A stretch of DNA of 64,000 bases from Hormiphora californensis (lineage: Eukaryota; Animalia; Ctenophora): the NCBI GenBank assembly GCA_020137815.1, contig CM035351.1:9548001-9612000 (forward strand), in the 5' to 3' direction. The position numbers were made by a program, and so were the translations under genes. The notes beneath the pieces were generated by a model that was not told the origin of the DNA, made no database searches, and saw only the letters and a list, made by a program, of their open reading frames with translations. Position 1 is the first letter of the stretch. Each line of letters opens with the position of its first letter. Shown here piece after piece: positions 11,669 through 26,097 of this stretch.

Positions 11669-13847
11669 ATGACACTATCCAAGTTCCTTCCCCGGACCTT
11701 TGCCCGACTGCAAAGTACCGCTGCTGCTGCTGCCTTCAACAGCAAGAACACCCCCATTAAACAGACACAGGTGGGAGATATGTCATTGCATTGTCTCATA
11801 TAAGACCGTCCTCTCCAAATAATCATTGTGTTAAATGATTGTTTCCTGTTTTCCAAAAACTGACAGATATTCTTTATATTCAGCTGTTTATCAACAACGA
11901 GTTTGTGGAGGCTAAGAGTGGAAATAGATTTGAAGTTATTAATCCCTCTAACGGTGACATTATTTGCGATGTTGCTGAAGCAGACAAGGTATTTAATAAT
12001 TTCCAGTTTCCTGTTCTGAAGGTGCCCAGCTGTTCTGAAGGTGCCCAGCTGTCATGGTCAAGCTATCTATAATTCTAATTTTTGAAATGTCCCCACTCTC
12101 TTTAAATTCCCTTTCCTCAGGCTGATGTTGATATTGCAGTGGCTGCTGCCAGATCTGCCTTTGAGATTGGCAGCCCATGGAGAACGATGGATGCTAGTCA
12201 CAGGGGACGCCTGCTCTACAAACTAGCTGATGCTATTGAGCGGGATATTGATTACATCTCCGTATGTGCTCTACCTTTTTTATATGTTGACTGTTTCCAG
12301 TTCTCTGGAATTGAGTTGAAAATGTGGAAATTCGTTATCTCTGAGCTGCTACAAAGACACCTGCAGCCCCTCCACTCTATGTCCGATCAAGTTTCACCCC
12401 TCTCCGCTAACAGCATTTCCTTCCTAGGCCTTGGAAACACTCGACAATGGAAAACCGTTCAGTGATTCTCGACATGTTGATGTTCCCCTTGTTATCAAAT
12501 GTCTCCGGTACTATGCTGGGTGGGCCGATAAAATCCACGGAAAAGTCATTCCCGCAGGTCAGAACAGACATCTTCCAATCATACAATTACTAGTGAACAA
12601 CTAATTTCCTATATATAACTGTACTAAACTTATTAGACGGTAGCACGCTGGTCTACACCCGACACGAGCCTGTAGGTGTAGTGGGAGGTATCATCCCCTG
12701 GAACTTCCCTCTCCTCATGTTCGCATGGAAGATCGCCCCAATGTTGGCATGTGGAAACACAGCTGTGATGAAGTGTGCAGAACAGACACCCCTCACTGCA
12801 CTTTACGTTGCTAAACTCGCTAAAGAGGTGTGTTTCGCCACAGGGCCCCATTCACACTATCTCATCCCCCTCACAATATAGACCTACATGGTGCTGTGAT
12901 AAATGGTGTTGTGTTGTGACTTGAGACAAATGTTTCCTACTTCATTGGTAGAGTTATTGTCTACATATTCTTGAGAGGTCTTTGTTGTACCACATCAAGA
13001 TGTAGGCCTCGGGACCACCGCTCAATATTGTTCTTATTATTCCAGAGAACTTTCATAAGTCTGTGTAAACAATAAATGTTTGTTTAAACCGCAATTCTTA
13101 CCGCACTCCTGGCACGCCTCACTAGTTGAACGGAATAAAATGCATGTGAACTGACTAACGAGATGTATAACATTATCATTACTTTTTACTTGTTTTGGTA
13201 AAATAATTTTCATCTACCCCATATGGCATATCAGTATTCAGTACTCAGTAGTCAGTAAGGAAGTATCCAATCTCATTAGATACCCCTCAAATACTGGATC
13301 TACATACCAGCTCAAAAAGTTATCTTGCAACATCCCCTAACATCTCCCTCACAGCTCATTGTCCTAACACCACCCCCCCCCTTCATACCAGGTTGGATTC
13401 CCCGATGGAGTTATCAACATTCTCTCTGGATTTGGAAACACCGCTGGTGGGGCCATGTCTCACCACATGGATATTGACAAGATCGGATTCACTGGATCTA
13501 CAGAGGTTTGTTTACTTTGACATGATAACAACTCTTTCACCAGATTACAATAATAATAATAAAGAGGTATTTTGTTTACTTTAGGGGGTTTCTGAAAAAC
13601 TTTCGAGATAATTCGGTGTTTTTGTATGAAATGGCTCCTTTTATTTTTGCTTTTCTCGACTCTTTCAAGTTTCATGCAAATCAAATTAGCTTTCCGCTTT
13701 TCTTATTCATTTTATACAATTTCGGCCTGACTGCCGCCTAACAGCATGAGTGAAGTTAATTAGATACTGTGAGAAAGAGAGTGTATGACGAGCCGGAAAA
13801 GAGACGGGGTGGTGGCCGGTATATATTCATGTGAACCTGGCTCTCCT

Positions 13848-13909
<62 letters not shown>

Positions 13910-16900
13910 GACTTTCTCTATAACGAGACTGCTCGATACAAGCTATCTAATTATCCCAGATCAAGATATATCTTCCTACTAACTCATTCCTTCCAATAGG
14001 TTGGTAAGATAATCCAGCAGGCCTCTGGACAAAGCAACCTGAAGCGGGTCACTCTGGAGTTGGGTGGAAAATCTCCCAACATTGTCTTTGATGATTGCGA
14101 CTGTGAGTTAAACAGATATCATTTATTGTGTTAGAAATATGTAGTAATTGATTATATAACAAAGCCGAAGAGAATATAATACCTATAGAATGCGGGGTAA
14201 GACATATCTAATACCTTGGAAACTACAACTGACTAATTGATTCCTATTATTCCCAGTGAAACAGGCTGTGGGTGCCTCTCATATGGGCCTGTTCTTCAAT
14301 GTGGGTCAATGCTGCTGCGCTGGATCAAGGCTCTACGTTCAAGGTAATAATATCTAGATTAGTGGCAAATCATCTTCCACAAAGCGAACTAAAAGTAATA
14401 TCTGAGACCTAACACCCCTCTATTACACAGAGGGAATATACGAGAAGTTTGTTGGAGAGATGGTGAAACAAGCTGAGGCCCGAGTACTGGGCGATCCCTT
14501 TGACCCCAAAACAAACCACGGTGCCCAGATTGATGCCACACAACTCAACAAGATTATTGGACTAGTCGATTCAGGGGTGAAACAGGGCGCCTCACTACAG
14601 TGCGGGGGTGGACAACATGGAGACAAGGGATTCTATATGCAGCCCACTGTATTTGCTGATGTTAAAGATGATATGGATATCTCCACACAGGAGGTAGGTT
14701 GGGAAATATGATTGTGATTCAATCGTAACATTTAGAAACTATTTGAGAGAGAAGTTGTCGGTATTTGGCCCGAGTCCAAGAATCGCGGTGAAGGAAGCGA
14801 GAGGTAGTTGACAGCTAGAGAAGGAGTGGAGAAAGTTGTAATATTGCTCACTTCTGCCACAAAATCGAGTCATTAGGAAGAGAGAGACAGGTTCAATTTC
14901 ATGGATTGTTCCGCGGAATTTGATATTTAGAGCTGGCGCGGCCGCCCAACACATCTCACAGGGGGTCTACCGATAATAGCGCGCACCTGTCTCGCGGGAA
15001 GATGGGACTGGTCGGAGGAACCAGGAAACTGCATGATACAATTACACGCAAGTTTTAGGTCTGCAGTGTTAACTGCATATTCTGGAATATTCTAGTGCAT
15101 ATCCTGCTGTAACACAGATGTAGGGCACATTGTAGAGGCCATAACATAGCATTCAATGCCTGTGAATTGTCATTCGACAGATTTATGTTAGATATTAAGG
15201 GTACACCTGGCGTTTTTCATCATCGAGTGCCCAACCAAATGACTTCACCAGGGTCATACAAAATGGACCTCAAATATGCAATTTTAGCCCTAAAGTCGAA
15301 TTCATATTTTTGCTACAGCCTATTTTCAAAGTGGCGTTTTCTCAAATTTTGTCCTCAGGACCACTTTTTTTGAGATAGAAACATTAAATTCTTGGAATTT
15401 GAAGAGAATATAAAGGTGAATAAGCTCAAAGAAGGATTTTTGAAACGGAGCTTATTTCTGGCCATGAGAACGGTTTACTTTTTTGCGTCTTTGACACGCT
15501 GGCTGAGAATGTTCCCATGCTTCATTAGAGATGAAAATCTGGAAATAGTTGCTCAAAACGATTATCTATGTGGCCCAAAAATTTTGGAAATTTTCCGCCA
15601 AAGATGTGGTGTACAGAGCTTGTTTTGTGAAACCCGTCTTTTTGAAAAAAAGGGAAAATCCCTGTATCTCAAAAACGGATGATTGTAGAGACCTGCGACC
15701 AAGCTTAATCTATTCAGAAGGTCCGATTTTGGGGGGGTCTTCTGAGAAACATTTTGCTCCTACTCCAACCGTTTTTGCTGTAATTGCAAAAAACCAATTC
15801 TATGAAAAGGGGGAACAACTCTATTCCAGTAGCCTGCTTCGTGCTGATTTCCCCCTTACTTGCTGATACCTTTTTTGTAATTACAGCAAAAACGGTTGGA
15901 GTAGGAGCAAAATGTCTCTTAGAAGACCCCCCCCCCCCCCAAATCGGACCTTCTGAATCGATTAAGCTTGGTTGCAGGTCTCTACAATCATCCGTTTTTG
16001 AGATACAGGGATTTTCCCTTTTTTTCAAAAAGACGGGTTTCACAAAACAAGCTCTGTACACCACATCTTTGGCGGAAAATTTCCAAAATTTTTGGGCCAC
16101 ATAGATAATCGTTTTGAGCAACTATTTCCAGATTTTCATCTCTAATGAAGCATGGGAACATTCTCAGCCAGCGTGTCAAAGACGCAAAAAAGTAAACCGT
16201 TCTCATGGCCAGAAATAAGCTCCGTTTCAAAAATCCTTCTTTGAGCTTATTCACCTTTATATTCTCTTCAAATTCCAAGAATTTAATGTTTCTATCTCAA
16301 AAAAAGTGGTCCTGAGGTCAAAAATTCCGACAAAATTTGAGAAAACGCCACTTTGAAAATAGGCTGTAGCAAAAATATGAATTCGACTTTAGGGCTAAAA
16401 TTGCATATTTGAGGTCCATTTTGTATGACCTAAACCCTGGTGAAGTCATTTGGTTGGGCACTCGATGATGAAAAACGCCAGGTGTACCCTTAAGACACAT
16501 CATATCACCCCCCTCTCTGCAGATATTTGGACCAGTTATGCAGATCAGTTCGTTCAAGACTGTGGATGAAGTGATAGAGAGGGCTAACAATACTAACTAT
16601 GGGCTTGCTGCTGGTGTATTCACTAAGAATGTTGACAAGATGTACCAAGTTAGCAGCGCCCTAAAGGCAGGACATGTGTGGGGAAATACATACAACGTTC
16701 TGGTTACCCAGGTAACCACCCTCTCATCTCGATATTAATAACGTGGTTACCCTCCCTCTCTGTATCAGTACAATAGAGAGATGGGGAACACCTTTACTGA
16801 AAGAGGGTGTGATATTATCACTGATAATGATACTGAACATGACCCAACTCCCCTTACTCAACAGCAACTCTCTGTTTCAGTCTCCATTTGGTGGGTACAA

Positions 16901-16997
16901 GGAGTCTGGATTTGGACGTGATCTAGGAGAGTACGCCCTGAGCAGCTATACTGAGGTGAAGTGCGTTACCATGGCTGTACCCCAGAAAAACTCTTAA
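11669..16997 (+). CDS. ALDH2: Mitochondrial aldehyde dehydrogenase (ALDH1/2 family), ~11 exons
   Basis: Transit-peptide-like [16 protein letters not shown]; LFINNEFV; IIPWNFP; FTGSTEVG; LELGGKSP; catalytic [12 protein letters not shown]; EIFGPV; [12 protein letters not shown]...QKNS*. Confidence 0.93.
15199..16489. mobile_element. Foldback non-autonomous DNA transposon with ~600-bp inverted arms and TTAA flanks (Kolobok- or Harbinger-type ends), in an ALDH intron
   Basis: TTAA|GGGTACACCTGG...CCAGGTGTACCC|TTAA; arms ~15199-15793 and ~15871-16489; mirror ORFs 15392..15682(+) and 15988..16278(-) are identical. Confidence 0.9.
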
Positions 16998-17674
16998 AGG
17001 ATTCACTTGTGTGTTGAGAAGAACTGAACTAAATAATTAACATAACAACCTTTTACGCGCCCATTTACCCTCTAATTGAATCCCACTTCTGTACATGTTT
17101 TGATTTTTGTCGATTGTTTGGACATTTTTTAAGCATTATACTTTTAGTCGCCAACTTTTAGAAGTTGTGTTTTACTTTACAAGATGTACCATGAGATAAA
17201 GATGATCACATAACATATCATGCAGTGTTGCTATGTGACCCTCAGATTATCTTGAAATCCAAGAATATGTTATGTCATGGTACATTTGAGTTTGAAAAAG
17301 GCATAATTAACAAATCGGTAAAATCCAATAAAATCGAAACAACAGAGACTCTGATAAAAATCCACTCTTCTTCCCTGGAGTTCTATCCCGTATCCGTTTT
17401 CACCCGGAGATTTATCCGTCAATCTGGAGAGGGATGTGGTCAGTAACAAATCTGGACAAGAGGACGGGTGAATGTACGTGCGCGCTCTAAGGACTGTCTC
17501 CGCGCGGTATGGTGCTAGTTGTCATTGCGCAACTTGTAATTTTGTCCCGGAGGTGAGACATCATAACAGCCCACACACACATGAAGTCACATGTCATACT
17601 GTGTGTACTGTGTTAGTGAATAACATTGGTATACCTGATTTAATAGGCGTGTGTGTGGTGTTGCCTCAATACTG

Positions 17675-20600
17675 TCATCCATTATCTTTCTCATCTGTAG
17701 AAATAAGATACGGTAAAATCATGAATCGAAAGTAACAAACAGAGAGTCAGAAGCAAAATAAAAGAAAACACTACTGACTACACCAAATTAATTAATAAAG
17801 ATGAAAACAGCAGAAAACTATTACCTTTTTGTTTTTCCGTCTTCTCTTTCTTTATTCTTTTCTGTTGCAGTTTGGCCTCAATCTTCGCCAGCTCTTTTTC
17901 CATGGCTTTCCTTTTTTCATCATCAACTTTTTGTTTCTTCTGTTCTTCTTTCAACCTCTTCTTCTCTTCTATCTTCTCCTCTATCTCATTCAACAATTCC
18001 TCTTTACTCAGCTCCTTCTTCTTTTTATTAACCCACTCGTCTGTCTGAGAAGTCTTCCTCCGTTTGCTATCCCGACCCTTTTTGCTCTTTTTGCTCTTCT
18101 TTGAGGGTGATCTATCACCCTTTTTCCGCTTAGAACTACTACGTTCTGAATGTTTCCGGGAACGGGATTTTTCCTTTTTTCGGCGTTTACTTGTCGACCG
18201 AGAACGGGACTTTCGTCGAACCTTCGATGATCTGCTACGGGATCGTGTTGGTGATCGTTTCCGGCTTCGGGAACGCTCTTTTGTTGGTGAACGTTCCTCT
18301 CGAGTTGGTGAACGGGATTTCGTCCGCTTCTCCTTTGATTTAGAACGGGATTTCATCCGCTTCTCCTTTGATTTAGAACGGGATTTCATCCGCTTCTCCT
18401 TGGATCTAGAACGGGATTTCGTCCGCTTCTCCTTGGATCTAGAACGGGATTTCTCCTTAGTTCTTGATCGCTTGTGACTCGTTTCACGTACCTTCTCTTT
18501 CTCTGCCGAGGGAGACCGGGATTTTGCCTGTTTCTCCTTTGATTTAGAACGGGATTTTGTTCGCATTTCCCTTGTCCGGGAACGGGATCTCTCAACGGTT
18601 GGGGATCTCTCTCGCTTGCTGCTTCGTTCTCGGGATTTCTCCTTCTTTGGTGATTTCTCCTTAGATTTGGATACGGAGCGTTCTTTCGTTTTTGACCTCC
18701 GGAACTCTTCAGGGGTATGTGACCGAGGATTCTCTCTTGTTCTAGATCTTGTCTTTCTATCTTTAGTATGTGATTTCCCTCGACTCCTAGACCGGCTTCT
18801 CCTCCTAGCGTCACGAGATCTGGACCGTCTTCTTTCTTTAGATTTAGACCGTTTTCTATCCCGAGACCTAGAAGTAGACCTCTTTCGAGATCTGCTGTCT
18901 ACAGAGGATGATCTCCTACGGGAAGGGTAAGACGTGCTCCTAGATCGGTGTCTCCGTTTACTCCTCTTCCTGCTGCGAGACCTGCTCCGAGACCTGCTGC
19001 GAGACCTACTGCCCCTTCTTGAGGATGAGCGATTCAGAGCGGGGTGGAGGAGTGGGTTCCTTTACCGGTGGGGTTGGGCTGTGGTTTCCATCTAGATCGT
19101 ACCTAGGAAAAAAGGGGGTCAAATATCATCGACTACCCAACTTATGATATTGATAATGAACTAATAATAATATTACCAGCCCATAACTAACCTTCCGACG
19201 TCCTCCTCCTCATCCTCAAAGTGCTGTACAAGGGGCTGCCCCTTAGTCTCACTATCCACACTCTCGAACATCACTATCTTGGTGAGCTGGTTCTGGGGTC
19301 TCAGTACGGTCCCCCAGTGGTGTTCCCTGTGGCTCTGGTGTCCCCACTGCAGTAGCTCCCCTCCATGTATACTGGTGTCTGGGGTTTTAGTTGAAGTCAG
19401 AGTTAGATCCTCCTCCTCCTCCATCTCCACTTGGGGCTGTTGATCGATCTGCTCTGTTGGATGCTGCTCCTCCTGTAAACAATATAGGTTAGAGAACATG
19501 ATGTGTTTCAAGATAATTGTAAATAATGTCAGTTTGTCTGTACAGCACACTACAGAAGCATTATCATGTGATATAAGCATGAGACCCTGTGTGCTATTAA
19601 TAGTATTGAGTGCTACTGACAATATAGAAGTTGCTGTCTTTGTGTGTCTGTACTGTACACTCAAAAACACACGAGGCTGAGAGCACTCAGTAGAGCTACC
19701 TCAACTGATAAATACACACACCAACATCCTCTACCACATGTGAAGGATCTAACCACAACACTCATTACTCACCTCTACTCCTTCCTCTTCTCCCTCGCTG
19801 TCATTCAAGGCACTCCTCCTCTGTACAGCTGGTGTTGCTCTCATCTTGATGGGTGCTACATTCAACTTCACACGACTCTTTCTACACTCCTGGAGTAGAG
19901 TTTAAAATGAATATCCCCTGATATTGTGAAAGTTCCCAGAGATCAAGCAGAAAAAGGGAAACTCTGGTCCTATTCAGCTGAAACACTTGCCATGACACTG
20001 ACCTGTATCAGAAACTGGTAGTAATCGTGGTTGGGATTTCCTGGGATAACAAATGAAAATCGAGGATCCTTCTTTTGAAGGACTTTCCTCTCGAAGGAGT
20101 CCCCGTTTTTGACGACGTACTCCGCCAGTTTGGTGATGATGGACTTGGTTTCAGGGTCGGGGGAAGGTGGCCTATCACACGTGTCTACCTCACTGTAGTC
20201 CTCTGTTAGGGGAACTCTGGGGAGAGGAATGATGGTGTGTTGTAGATCTAACGGACAAATAGAGAACACTTGGCCGGGAGAGAGAACTTTTGACTAATAT
20301 GTAATTTACGGACAATTGAGAACTAAATCCCAGCTCCCTCTGCACTTACTCCTCTTCAGGGGGTGGAGGGGGAGGAAGAGTGGGGAGGGTGAATCCATCA
20401 TATCCAGTAGGGGGTACAAGTAGTTGGGGGTAACCAGGAGCAGGGGGAGGGAGGGCCACAAACCCTGCCATTATTAGGTACTGAATCGTTTCTGAAAGAG
20501 GGCAATTGGAAATGTTTTCACAGGGGTGATTGGAACAACTTGATACAAATTGAAACATTGAAACTAATTGATTCCTAACCTGGGCTAGTTCCGACTGGTA

Positions 20601-22026
20601 CTGTAATTGGTTTGCTCATTCCGCTCAGCATGCGCTTCAAGTTGGGCTCCATGTGATTATAGCTCCCTTCCTCCTCCTTCTCCTCCTCGCTCTCACTGTC
20701 ACTAGCAGCACCGTATGCAGAGAGTGCCGCCAGACCCCCTCCTCCATCACCCCCATTAGTGGTAGGGGCTGGTGGAGGTGGTGGGATGAGGCCGTTATTG
20801 TTGAAGTTCTGTGCTGCATAACCCTGTTGTACAGCCTCTCTGTTAAATGGTGGTTCAGGGGGGAGGAGGTGCTACCACTGGCTGGACCACAATGGGCTGT
20901 TGTTGTACAGGTGGTGGTGGTGGTGGTTTTGGTTTAGCCTCCGATTTCACGACAATAACTTTGCACTTTATAGCGCTAAGTACGTGCTTATAAAACGGAT
21001 TCAACTCATTTCCAGGTTCCAGAAATTGAAACTGTGGATTGTCCTTCTGTTTGGTCCGAATTACAATCTCAGTTTGGAGGTTGGAGGTACTGAGAAAAGC
21101 AGCTGCTTTCTCAATTATCTTGTAGTGCTTCTGTGTCTGAGGCTGAAAGAGATAACATGTCGTTAGCTAACTGGAGAACAATCACAAACTAGTTATTATT
21201 ATATTGAGTGTAACATGGGGATTGGGGTGGGTGGCTTATAAAGATGCACTTACTGCGAGCATCCCATCAGGTAGAGCTAGCTCCTTTGCTGGTACATACA
21301 CATCATCCTCCGAGGCAACTACTGGTAACGAAACTGAAATAATTGAAATTAGAAATCTTGCAAAACATAACATGACATACATGACATCCTATAATTAACC
21401 GACACGTGTTAACTTACCCTGTGCTTTTCCGTAGCTAAAATTAACTTGTTCATACGATCCACCCGATCCCTTGCTGCTTTTAAACCTCTTCTCTTCTTCC
21501 TCTGAGGGGGGGGGGGGGTTAACATGTCATTAACCAGTGTACTATTTTATTTGAAACGTGTCACAACAATTATAGTCCGACTTGTCACATAACAGAGAAA
21601 TGTGAAGAATACAACGTATTTCTCTTACCAAGATAAGCCTCAAATTCTAGTTCATCGATAGTGAGGAACATGTAACGTTCCTTATCAAGTTCTACAGCTA
21701 GTTTGTGCTCAGTGACTATCAACATCTGTTTCATTCTTTCGTAGTCCGAAATCGGCCTCACTGTACAGGTGGCCTCGACATCGTACCTAGGGAGAAAGAT
21801 AGTAGAAACAGAAAACAGATCTACGACATGGGGGGTGGGTCTAGACTGCAGCATACACGACATGAAATTGTGTAGTTGTTTTCACTTACCGATCAATCAT
21901 GTTGGTGGTGTCTCCCATCCACGGTATAAGTGTAACCCCCTCCTTGACACTGATGAAGTTCTCCGGGTCATCGAAGAGAGTGCAGCCGGAGGCGTTAACT
22001 TGTAGTTCATAATTTTCAGATGACAT
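17675..22026 (-). CDS. SFSWAP: Splicing factor SWAP (suppressor of white-apricot) homologue
   Basis: DRY_EERY domain ELQVNASGCTLFDD...LIPWMGDTTNMIDR|YD...DKERY; SURP module KLAEYVVKNGDSFERKVLQKKDPRFSF...YYQF; long RS domain 17830-19020; last coding exon inferred. Confidence 0.85.
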
Positions 22027-22770
22027 AATGTAACATCACATGTGACACCTGGGCAAGGCAGGGTGACGGCTCTCATGAGAAATTGGAATAATGATCTTGA
22101 ATCTTTCAGTCTATTTCTTCTTTCTGGGGCTTGGTTTCTTCGGGTTGAAGCGGGCTTCTGAGTAAGACACAGGTAGACCTCCTTTTTACGGAGAGTCTAG
22201 AAATTATACAAGACACATGTTCAATATCTCTTATTCTCACAACACTTTAAAACATTTTCTCCCTCAACAAACAACTCTGAAACTCCATCGTAGGCGAAAC
22301 TCCGTTTTTAGGAAGCGGTTTCCACTGTTCGTAACTTGTAACAGAACAATCCATGCCTGGGAAAAGGATGTTAGACACTTGAAATAACATTTTTTACGTA
22401 AAATGATGGTCTAAGGATAGAATTTTGTAGGGTTTTTGTGGGCGAAAAGAGTGAAACGCTATCAGAAATTTAAACACAAAAGTGAAAAGTTTCGTGAATC
22501 TCGTTTTGGTTGGTAAATTTCTCAATTTATTTTCCTGCAGCGTCAACTGCAATATATTCGCGCGTTACGTTTTTTTTTGCGCGCGATGCATCGTATGTTC
22601 ATCGAAAAAGTCTTATGAAAAAGTTTGGAATGAAACAAAATATTCGCCTGATTTTTTTCAGTGCTTTTTTTACGTCCACAAAAACGTTCTGACCTCTGCA
22701 CCAAAGGAGATATCCTTATTTGATTGCTATTTTACCATCAAAGCAAATCACCGGAATCTCAGAGTTAACC

Positions 22771-25700
22771 ATGGCTGCATCGAAACCAGTACAAATCCAG
22801 GCTATCCAGACCAATGCGTTCAGCAAGCATGAAATCTTTACCAAACTGATCAGTGCGGGCACTGCAGCCTGTGTCGCTGAGGCCATCACTTTGCCCATGG
22901 ATTGCGCTAAGATCAAGCTTCAGGTAAATAGGACTTTCTGCTTAAAAAGTGGGTTATTTCACTGCAGGAGTTTAAACATACTTCCCTTAGGTGGAAGGAG
23001 GCACGCTCTTCAGCACTGTGAGGACGATTGCTATGAATGACGGAGCTAAGGGTTTCTTCCGAGGTCTGATCCCCGGACTCCACCGTCAACTAGGATTCTG
23101 TACCATCCGCCTGGGTCTCTATGACACGACAAAGGCCTTTTACATTGAGGTGTGCCTCTCATATTTTGTAGCAATAGATAAAGGGTTGCCGACGGGTGTG
23201 TAACCCATTCTTTTTAGAACACCTCACTGAATGAGGGATTGCCGTTGAGGTTTGCTGCAGGAATATCAACAGCAGTGGCGGCTGTGTGCTGTGCTCAACC
23301 TACCGAGGTAATTTCTAGAAAATGCAGTCACGAACCAATTAACCACTTATCACGTTGACTCTAATATTTACGACCAATTAATTAACCTCGTTATCTCAGC
23401 TCCGTTATTACTTCTTTTTCGGACCTGTTAACAGATGCGTGTTGTATACAAACGTAATGCAGTGTAATGCACAATACAATTACACACACCTGTGAGAGCA
23501 CGGTGTATTTAAAACTCTGATCGTTCTGACCATTCTTTCTTTGCAGGTAGTAAAGATAAGGATGCAAGCTGCAAAGGCAGGAACAGCTCGATATGCCGGA
23601 ACTATGGCTGCCTACTACAACATCGCTGTGACAGAGGGTGCCAGGGGGCTCTGGTCTGGTCTGGGACCTAGTATTGTCAGGTATATAATACTGTTTGTCT
23701 GTTTGAACGTCTGTTTGTGTGTCTGTAGTTCTGTTATACACCTCTCAGTGTATTACTGCAGCACTTTTGAGGATTCTTTCTTCTCTCAAGCTCAATTTTT
23801 GTAACGGTGGTATGAGGGGTGAAACTCAATATTTGAAACAAGTTTGTGTGTGATAAACGAATTACCGAGTTTATTCTTCCTTGACCACAGTGACCCTATC
23901 CTCTGTAGTCTGTACATCGAGAGGGGTAACTGATATGTACAAAACTGCAATGTATACTGCGATATTAATGCTCGCATGTCTCTCCCCCTCTCTCTCACAC
24001 ACATCCCCAGCTCTACTTTTATTATAGCCAAACCCGGATGTAACTCACCCAATTCACGATTAGTACATTGATACTAAAGAAAGTGTCTAAACTTGCAATG
24101 TCTGTCTGTCGTCTGAGTGTCCAGTGTGTTCGAGAACTGAGTACAGTAGTCACTAGATTAGACGAGAGTTTCTGTGGAGCTGCATGAGTTGACATGCATG
24201 TCATGAGAAGAAGTCACACAGTCCATCTCACACAGTCCATCTCACACCTACCTGATACTCACTGTGTAGTTTACACTCTTTTCACTTCATCCCCACTTCA
24301 TAGATCACAACTGTGTGCTAATTACAGTTACGTAATTAATCGTTACATCTTGATCGTTACATCTTGATCCGAGATGATCAATGATCCTGTGTTCTCACTA
24401 TATTCTGTCTGGTTTACACAGATTACTGCAAAATGCAGCATTGCAGTCATGAATTTCTGTCCGTGACGTTTTAGATAAATTCATTGCACCATTATTAGGC
24501 CACAAGATTATCTTTTTATCACGAAAATTTAATGAATGATGCAAAAAATACCTCCTCCCACCTCCTCATATGCTGTTTTTCAGAATTCTCTGTGTCGCTG
24601 CCTGTAATTCAATATTCCCCCACGGCTATCACTCATTAGTCTCACTTTGCGTCACGAGGAAAAGAGATAAAACCCCGGAAGGGTCACTTCAAATGAGATT
24701 TATACTTCCTACATTCCTTCCACAATATATTATATCGCTATCAATGTTTATATAACCTCCAGGCATATTGTTTTTTAAACTCCTCCAGTCTCCTCAATGT
24801 CCTACCAAATAACATAATTCCTTTCCCTCCCTCCCCAGACTACATATATTTTCCCAAATCCCAACAACATCACTCCCTCCCTAATATCACCTCCCCCTCT
24901 AAACATCACCCTCTCTAAAAAATTCTTCCTCGCCAACAACATCACTCCCTCCCTAATATCACCTCCCCCTCTAAACAACATCTCCCCTCCCCAACACCAA
25001 CTCACCCTCTAAACATCATCTCCCCCTCTAAACATCACCTCCCCCTCCCTAATATCACCTCCCCCTCTAAACAACATCTCCCCTCCCCAACACCAACTCA
25101 CCCTCTAAACATCATCTCCCCCTCTAAACATCACCTCCCCCTCCCTAATATCACCTCCCCCTCTAAACACCATCACCCCCTCCCCAACACCAACTCACCC
25201 TCTAAACAACATCTCCCCCTCCCCAGGTTGTCCATCTGTAACATTGGAGAAGTTGTCACGTACGACTCTGTGAAACAAGCCATGTTGAAACGCCACCTAA
25301 TGCGAGATGCCTTCCCCCTCCATGTGTTTGCTGCTGTGTGTGCTGGGTTCGTTACCACTACCCTCACCTCTCCCGTGGACGTAGTGAAGACCACCTACGT
25401 GAACAGTGCCCCCGGAACATATAGTGGAGCTGTTGGATGTGCCAGAGATCTTGCTAGGACAGGCGGCTTCAAGGTCTTTTATAAAGGGTGAGTGTTTATA
25501 CACGCAGTCTGAACCAGACAAATCTGCAGCTCATATGATCACGCAGATTGGATTAGGTGCTCTATATTTGTATTATATTCTGAATTGTGAATTGCATTTC
25601 GTGGGAACCTAATGAGATCATGAAAACTATATTATATTGGAGGTTTGCCAGAGATCGGTGCTAGCTGGTATACCATGGTACAACACACGTAATGTTGTTT

Positions 25701-26097
25701 CATCACTCTATTGTGACGTTAGATAACTCATGCAGTGTTGTTATTGTTTTATTGTTATAATCATCTCAAGATACAATAAATTAATTGTGCCCCATTAAAC
25801 TTAACTGTGCCCCACCCAACAGAATAATGCACACACTCTATCATGAGATGTGCGGGGGCTCATGAGGCACATATGGAGGACACACCCCATTCTTTAAAAT
25901 AAATTATACTACGTAATCATTCAAAGTTAACAATTAATAGCATCAACATAGTATATACAGGTTTTATTATATAGCTAATCCCCCCCTCCCCAAGGTGCGT
26001 ACCAAGTTTTTTGAGGATTACTGGGTGGAATTTGATCATGTTCATCTCCTACGAGCAGCTCAGAAAGATTGTCTCAAAACAACTCAGCGCCTACTAA
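22771..26097 (+). CDS. Mitochondrial uncoupling protein (SLC25, UCP2/3-like), 6 exons
   Basis: [27 protein letters not shown]; [21 protein letters not shown]; [13 protein letters not shown]; SPVDVVKT; [26 protein letters not shown]: three carrier repeats with UCP signatures. Confidence 0.88.
24860..25225. repeat. C-rich intronic minisatellite (aacatcacctccccctct variants)
   Basis: Direct observation; ends at the acceptor of a UCP exon. Confidence 0.85.

Noticed and set aside
15392-16278. Duplicate 96-135 aa ORFs on opposite strands
   Set aside because: Mirror products of the foldback element, with no recognisable domain
17365-17555. GC-richer segment with an Sm-site-like AATTTTG, considered as an snRNA or SL RNA gene
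   Set aside because: No convincing match to U1/U2/U4/U5/U11/U12 hallmarks or a leader-plus-GT-donor layout; more likely SFSWAP 3' UTR. An Infernal/Rfam scan would settle it
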